Assembly (NCBI GenBank): GCA_030390025.1
Contig: CM059431.1
Location: 108,564,001 to 108,628,000, forward strand
Direction: 5' to 3'
Origin: Squalus acanthias
Taxonomy: Eukaryota
Length of the DNA stretch: 64,000 bases
Shown here: in pieces, positions 62,459 to 64,000 of the stretch
Layout: every line of letters begins with the position of its first letter
Position numbering within the stretch: position 1 is the first letter of the stretch
Notes under the pieces: generated by a model
Database searches by the model: none
What the model was told of the DNA's origin: nothing
The model's input: only the letters and a program-made list of their open reading frames with translations
Program-made: the position numbers and the translations under genes

Positions 62459-64000
62459 TGTGAAGGAATAAGCCATATAACCTATTCAGAAAAATACCCC
62501 GCCTGATCCGGGGTAGCCCTAAAGGGGCTAGGACTAGTAAAAATCCCTTCAGTTGGTGACCAATGTGTGTGTTAACGAGTTGATACAGAAGCCTATACTT
62601 ATAATTATATCTTTATCCATCTCGTAGATTGTTAAGTATAGAAGGAGTATTTTACTGACAGTGGTACTAAGACCCAGATTTAAGTCTCTAGAGACGACAA
62701 GTCCCTGATCAGGCCTTGTAGAACTTAAATCAGAACACCCTCAATATACCATTGAGGTCTAGAAATTTCTTATAAATTTCATATTAAATCCTAAGGTTAG
62801 GTCCTGACGAAATGGCAAACCCTGTCGGAATTGGCCAAGTCTTTTTATTAGGAAATTCAAACGATTGCTACCATCAAGTCATTTACTCTGATGGATCATC
62901 AATGATGATTAAAAAAGGGACATCCCAACAATCCTCAGCTGGGATGGGGATAGTAGTAGGGACTTTGAGATTCCTATTCTTTTTATCCAGAAGAATTACT
63001 GTCCATACCCCTTGGCCATAAGACAGTGCAATATGCTGAAGCCGCAGCACTACGGTATGCTTTTAGAAAAGGCAGACCCTATTAAACCCACATTAATCTG
63101 TACAGATAGTGACTATTGTAAAAGAGGATATAACCAAGATCTAGTTTTCTGGGAACAAACAAACTTTACCAATCATAAGGGTAAACACATAAAACATAAG
63201 TCATTGTGGGAAGACATTCTCCATTCGAGGATGGAGAAACAGAATTGTCAGGTGATTCCTGTAAATGGGCATACCACTGGGACAGTACACTCAAAAGGAA
63301 ACAGTCTTGCAGACGAACAAGCGAAATGTTCGGCCTGTCTGACACCCCCTCAAGAGGGGCCTGCCAATATTAGTGTTATCACTAGGGCAGAACGGGCAGC
63401 TAATCAGGATGAGGAACTGATTCAGCTATTAGACCCAACAAAAGAGAATCCACCAGGATATCCATCAAAGTACTTTTACTCAGAAACCCCTACCGGTATT
63501 GTGCTAGTTAAGTTGCCCAAGGGAAACCAAGAGGTACCCCCGAGATACAAACGAGAACAGCTTGTAAAAGAAGCTCACAAAGGCATAAGTCAAGCACATT
63601 GTGGTGCCAGAACAACATTCTGCAAATTGACTCCCTTATATTGGTGGCCAGGCATGCTTAAGGCCTGTAAAATATATGTGGCAAATTGTGAGCCATGCAA
63701 TTTAACCAATAAGTCATCACTAATTAAGCCACCACCATTGGCTCCTGTGAAAGCTGATGAACCAATGGGAAAATTCTTTATTGACTTTATTGGACCACTT
63801 CCCCCATCTTTGGGATACAGACATGTTCTCGTTTGTGTAGATGGATGCACTTCCTTCTGCTGGCTGGTCCCCACAAAAACTATTTCGGAAAACGCACTCG
63901 CCAATGCTATTACTGACATAATTACTGTAGCTGGTGCACCTAAAATCTTACACTCCATTAAAGGTGGAGTCTTTGTCTCCAAGGTCTTCAAAGACTACTG
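62459..64000 (+). mobile_element. Endogenous foamy-virus-like (Spumaretrovirinae-related) element, internally deleted, continuing beyond the window
   Basis: Begins TGTGAAGGAAT (LTR-like); RNase H and integrase motifs are collinear with prototype foamy virus Pol. Confidence 0.85.
62860..64000 (+). pseudogene. pol: Foamy-like pol: RNase H (frameshifts at ~62975 and ~63062) and integrase; open frame 63063 to window end
   Basis: VIYSDGS...AGMGIV / SIPLGHKTVQYAE / ICTDSDY...KHIKHKSLW...GH...GNSLAD; GYPSKYFY...AHKGISQAHCG...LYWWPGM...CEPC; KFFIDFIGPLPPSLGYRHVLVCVDG...FCWLVPTK...PKILHS. Confidence 0.88.

Noticed and set aside
62554..62561. TGGTGACC as a tRNA-Trp primer-binding site
   Set aside because: Only about 8 nt match before diverging; too short to support.
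62804..62812. CTGACGAAA as another hammerhead core
   Set aside because: No stem II hairpin followed by GAAA, and no stem I partner.
63590..63991. 133-aa minus-strand ORF as a viral antisense or accessory protein
   Set aside because: It is the antisense shadow of the integrase frame, with no recognisable motif.

Overview
Eukaryotic, repeat-dense genomic DNA, most likely from a cartilaginous fish (inferred from the CR1/L2/Deu-SINE/Penelope/Harbinger repertoire); no host gene can be firmly identified. From left to right: the 3' end of a Gypsy element; a deleted, inverted PIF/Harbinger copy head-to-head with an apparently intact autonomous PIF/Harbinger (TIRs, ATT TSD, 3-exon Myb/SANT gene, DDE transposase); a CR1 interrupted by a Penelope element whose inverted pLTRs carry hammerhead ribozymes; many Harbinger-type MITEs, SINEs and LINE fragments; and a three-element nested CR1 cluster with one intact ORF2. 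At the right edge is an endogenous foamy-virus-like (spumaretroviral) element. Its RNase H-integrase frame is largely absent from the ORF track because it is frameshifted and runs off the window. All family calls come from manual motif recognition; no searches were run, and coordinates of degenerate elements are approximate.
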